Shown piece by piece: positions 5,925-7,793 of a stretch of 7,793 bases of DNA (positions are counted from its first letter, which is position 1; each line of letters begins with the position of its first letter). Below the pieces are notes generated by a model. It made no database searches. It saw only the letters and a list, made by a program, of their open reading frames with translations, and was not told where the DNA came from. The stretch is from Octopus sinensis. Lineage: Eukaryota. The position numbers and the translations under genes were made by a program. The DNA is taken from assembly GCF_006345805.1 (NCBI RefSeq), contig NW_021828774.1, positions 1 through 7,793 on the forward strand, written 5' to 3'.

Positions 5925-6325
5925 ATAGGAGTGGCTGTGTGGTAAGTAGCTTGCTAACCAACCACATGGTTCCGGGTTCAGTCCCACTGCGTGGCATCTT
6001 GGGCAAGTGTCTTCTGCTATAGCCTCGGGCTGATCAAAGCCTTGTGAGTGGATTTGGCAGATGGAAATTGAAAGAAGCCCGTCGTATATATGTATATATG
6101 TATGTATGTGTATGTGTTTTTGTGTCTGTGTTTGTCCCCCAGCATTGCTTGACAACCGATGCTGGTGTATTTACGTCCCCGTCACCTAGCGGTTCGGCAA
6201 AAGAGACCGATAGAATAAGTACTGGGCTTACAAAGAATAAGTCACGGGTCGATTTGCTCGACTAAAGGCGGTGCTCCAGCATGGCCGCAGTCAAATGACT
6301 GAAACAAGTAAAAAAGAGTAAAAGA
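5925..6325 (+). mobile_element. Apparently full-length copy of the main tRNA-derived SINE family
   Basis: A-box-like 5932-5942, B-box GGGTTCAGTCCC 5974-5985, CTTGGGCAAGT motif, internal (TA/TATG/TG) tract at about 6085-6125, 3' domain and GTAAAAGA tail. Homologous to six other copies or fragments in this window. Confidence 0.9.
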
Positions 6326-6396
6326 TATATATATATATATGTGTGTTTGTGTGTGTGAGTGTGTATGTGTGTGTGTATGTGTGTGTGTGTGTGAGT

Positions 6397-6432
<36 letters not shown>
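6326..6432. repeat. (TA)n-(TG)n microsatellite
   Basis: Direct reading. Confidence 0.96.
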
Positions 6433-6434
<2 letters not shown>

Positions 6435-6436
6435 TT

Positions 6437-6512
6437 TTGTCCATTTGCTCCCCTCCCACCGATGAACAACCAGTGTTGGTGTGTTTATGTCCTCGTAGAT
6501 TAGCGTTTCGGC
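6437..6512 (+). mobile_element. Internal fragment of the main SINE family (segment just after the internal microsatellite)
   Basis: acaacc.gtg.tggtgt.tttatgtcc.cgta...tagcg.ttcggc aligns with about 6150-6198. Confidence 0.7.
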
Positions 6513-6548
6513 CCAGGATATGGACTTACCTTCTTTATGAATAGGAAC

Positions 6549-6720
6549 TGGTGTGGCTGTGTATTAAGATATTTATTTCCCAACCATAAGGTTCCCAGTT
6601 CAGTCCCACTGCTTGCTACCTTCGGCAAGTGACATGTACCATAGCCACGGGCCAACCAAAGCCTTGTGAGTGGCTTTAGTGGACAGAAACTGGAAGAAAC
6701 CCATCGTGTGTGTGTGTGTG
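6549..6720 (+). mobile_element. Diverged 5' half of the main SINE family ending in (TG)n
   Basis: gtggctgtg...ccaacca..aggttcc.agttcagtcccactgc...ggcaagtg...aaagccttgtgagtgg...gaaactg.aagaa.ccc.tcg(tg)n. Confidence 0.85.
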
Positions 6721-7658
6721 AAGACAACACACTGCACCAAGCCAAAAGATGATTTGATGGTTCGATCTCCACGATAGATTTCTGCGAACTTCATTTCAAA
6801 TCCATTACATAACACGAAAACATTGTGACTTCAAAGATTTCTGGAATCTCCCAATTAAACAGCCCTTCGGATATTGTTCAGTGGAGTTTGAAGTAAAGAA
6901 CTCTTTGACATCGTTTGTGCACACCGCTATTTCACTATTCAATATGAATTTTGACGTTTGATCCGTCAAATTGTCCGACTGATAGTGAACATAGACAAAA
7001 TAGGAGATTCAAAACGTTTAATGAAAAAAATTTCGTTACTACAAACAACGAACACCGAGATAGTTTGAAACTTATTGCAGCCGCTGTCCTGATGTTAGCT
7101 GATCAGTGAGTGTTTGCTGTCGTCGTCTGTCCATTGTTTTATCTTTTGTTTCTGTTTTCTGTTTTGTTTTGTGACAGCGCTCTGGCTAGCTGATGGCTCT
7201 GCTTACTCTCTGATGACTATCGTCTTTTGTGTCTGGTTTGATGTCGGCTGTTCGCTAACTATCGCTAACCAAAATGCAGTGAATATGTAGTGGTGGTCTT
7301 GTTCAGAAAAAAGCGCCACAGATAAAATTGTTAGATCCGGTTCCACACAAAGTCTTAAATGGTCAGATATTTTTCTTTTATTACGTTGGTAATATTCTAG
7401 CGAATCGCAATCGTATAGCTGGTTATAGTTATCCGGGTTTGAGTGCCAAATAACACTGCTACTGTGGCTCTTCATCTTACATAGTTTTCTTTGTGGGATA
7501 AAACCGTCGCTATCCAAGCTATTTTATCTTCTTATGGGTCACATAACATTCGACGCACCTTTCACGAGTTTTTCTTCCTCGGTTAACGCTGGGCTTTGTA
7601 CATTTGTCATTTGACAGGTTAGGCACCAACATATAATTTTGGGGGTTTTGCCTGTAAT

Positions 7659-7793
7659 CTTTTACTTGCTTCAGTCATTAGACTGTGGTCATGCTGGGGC
7701 ACGGTCTTGAAGAAAATCAGTCGAACGAATCGGCTCCAGTACTTGCTTTTTTTTTCAACCTGGTACTTATTATAATGGTTCCTTTTTGCCGAG
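7659..7793 (-). mobile_element. 3' part of the main SINE family (runs off the window edge)
   Basis: ttttacttgcttcagtcattagactgtggtcatgctggggcac...ctggtacttatt...tttttgccga is the reverse complement of about 6195-6312. Confidence 0.85.

Noticed and set aside
6730-6985. Open minus-strand frames in unique sequence (SDNLTDQ...QCFRVM; FEMKFAEIYRGDR)
   Set aside because: No recognisable domain and no convincing paired splice sites; it cannot be supported without a database search.
7203-7517. 104-aa ORF with zinc-finger-like spacing C-x2-L-x12-H-x3-C
   Set aside because: The second ligand is Leu (CTA), which is not one substitution from a Cys codon; there is no linker or repeated finger and no recognisable homology.

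Overview
Repeat-saturated, AT-rich eukaryotic non-genic or intronic DNA with no intact protein-coding gene. The tRNA-derived SINEs with an internal (TA)/(TG) tract and the Penelope-like remnants look like octopus (coleoid cephalopod) repeats; this is recall-based inference, not a search result. Contents: two decayed Penelope-like retroelement (PLE) fragments (1-691 minus, RT C-terminus plus Cys-rich linker; about 3135-3577 plus, GIY-YIG C-terminal half followed by a long 3' UTR), nine SINE copies or fragments from three families, many microsatellites, and five fold-back inverted repeats. Three fold-backs (737-1140, 2524-2801, 5228-5611) are head-to-head duplications of short units that carry minimal type I hammerhead ribozyme (HHR) motifs with palindromic stem III, the form known from PLE termini. 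The best signal is the unit at 2607-2715. It has the same HHR topology as the canonical motif at 851-897, but its core reconstructs to GUGAACA instead of CUGAAGA, a compensatory G3:C8 swap of the catalytic C3:G8 pair. That core is reconstructed from two degenerate copies, and no copy here is intact. Most ORFs in the supplied track are microsatellite or SINE artefacts.
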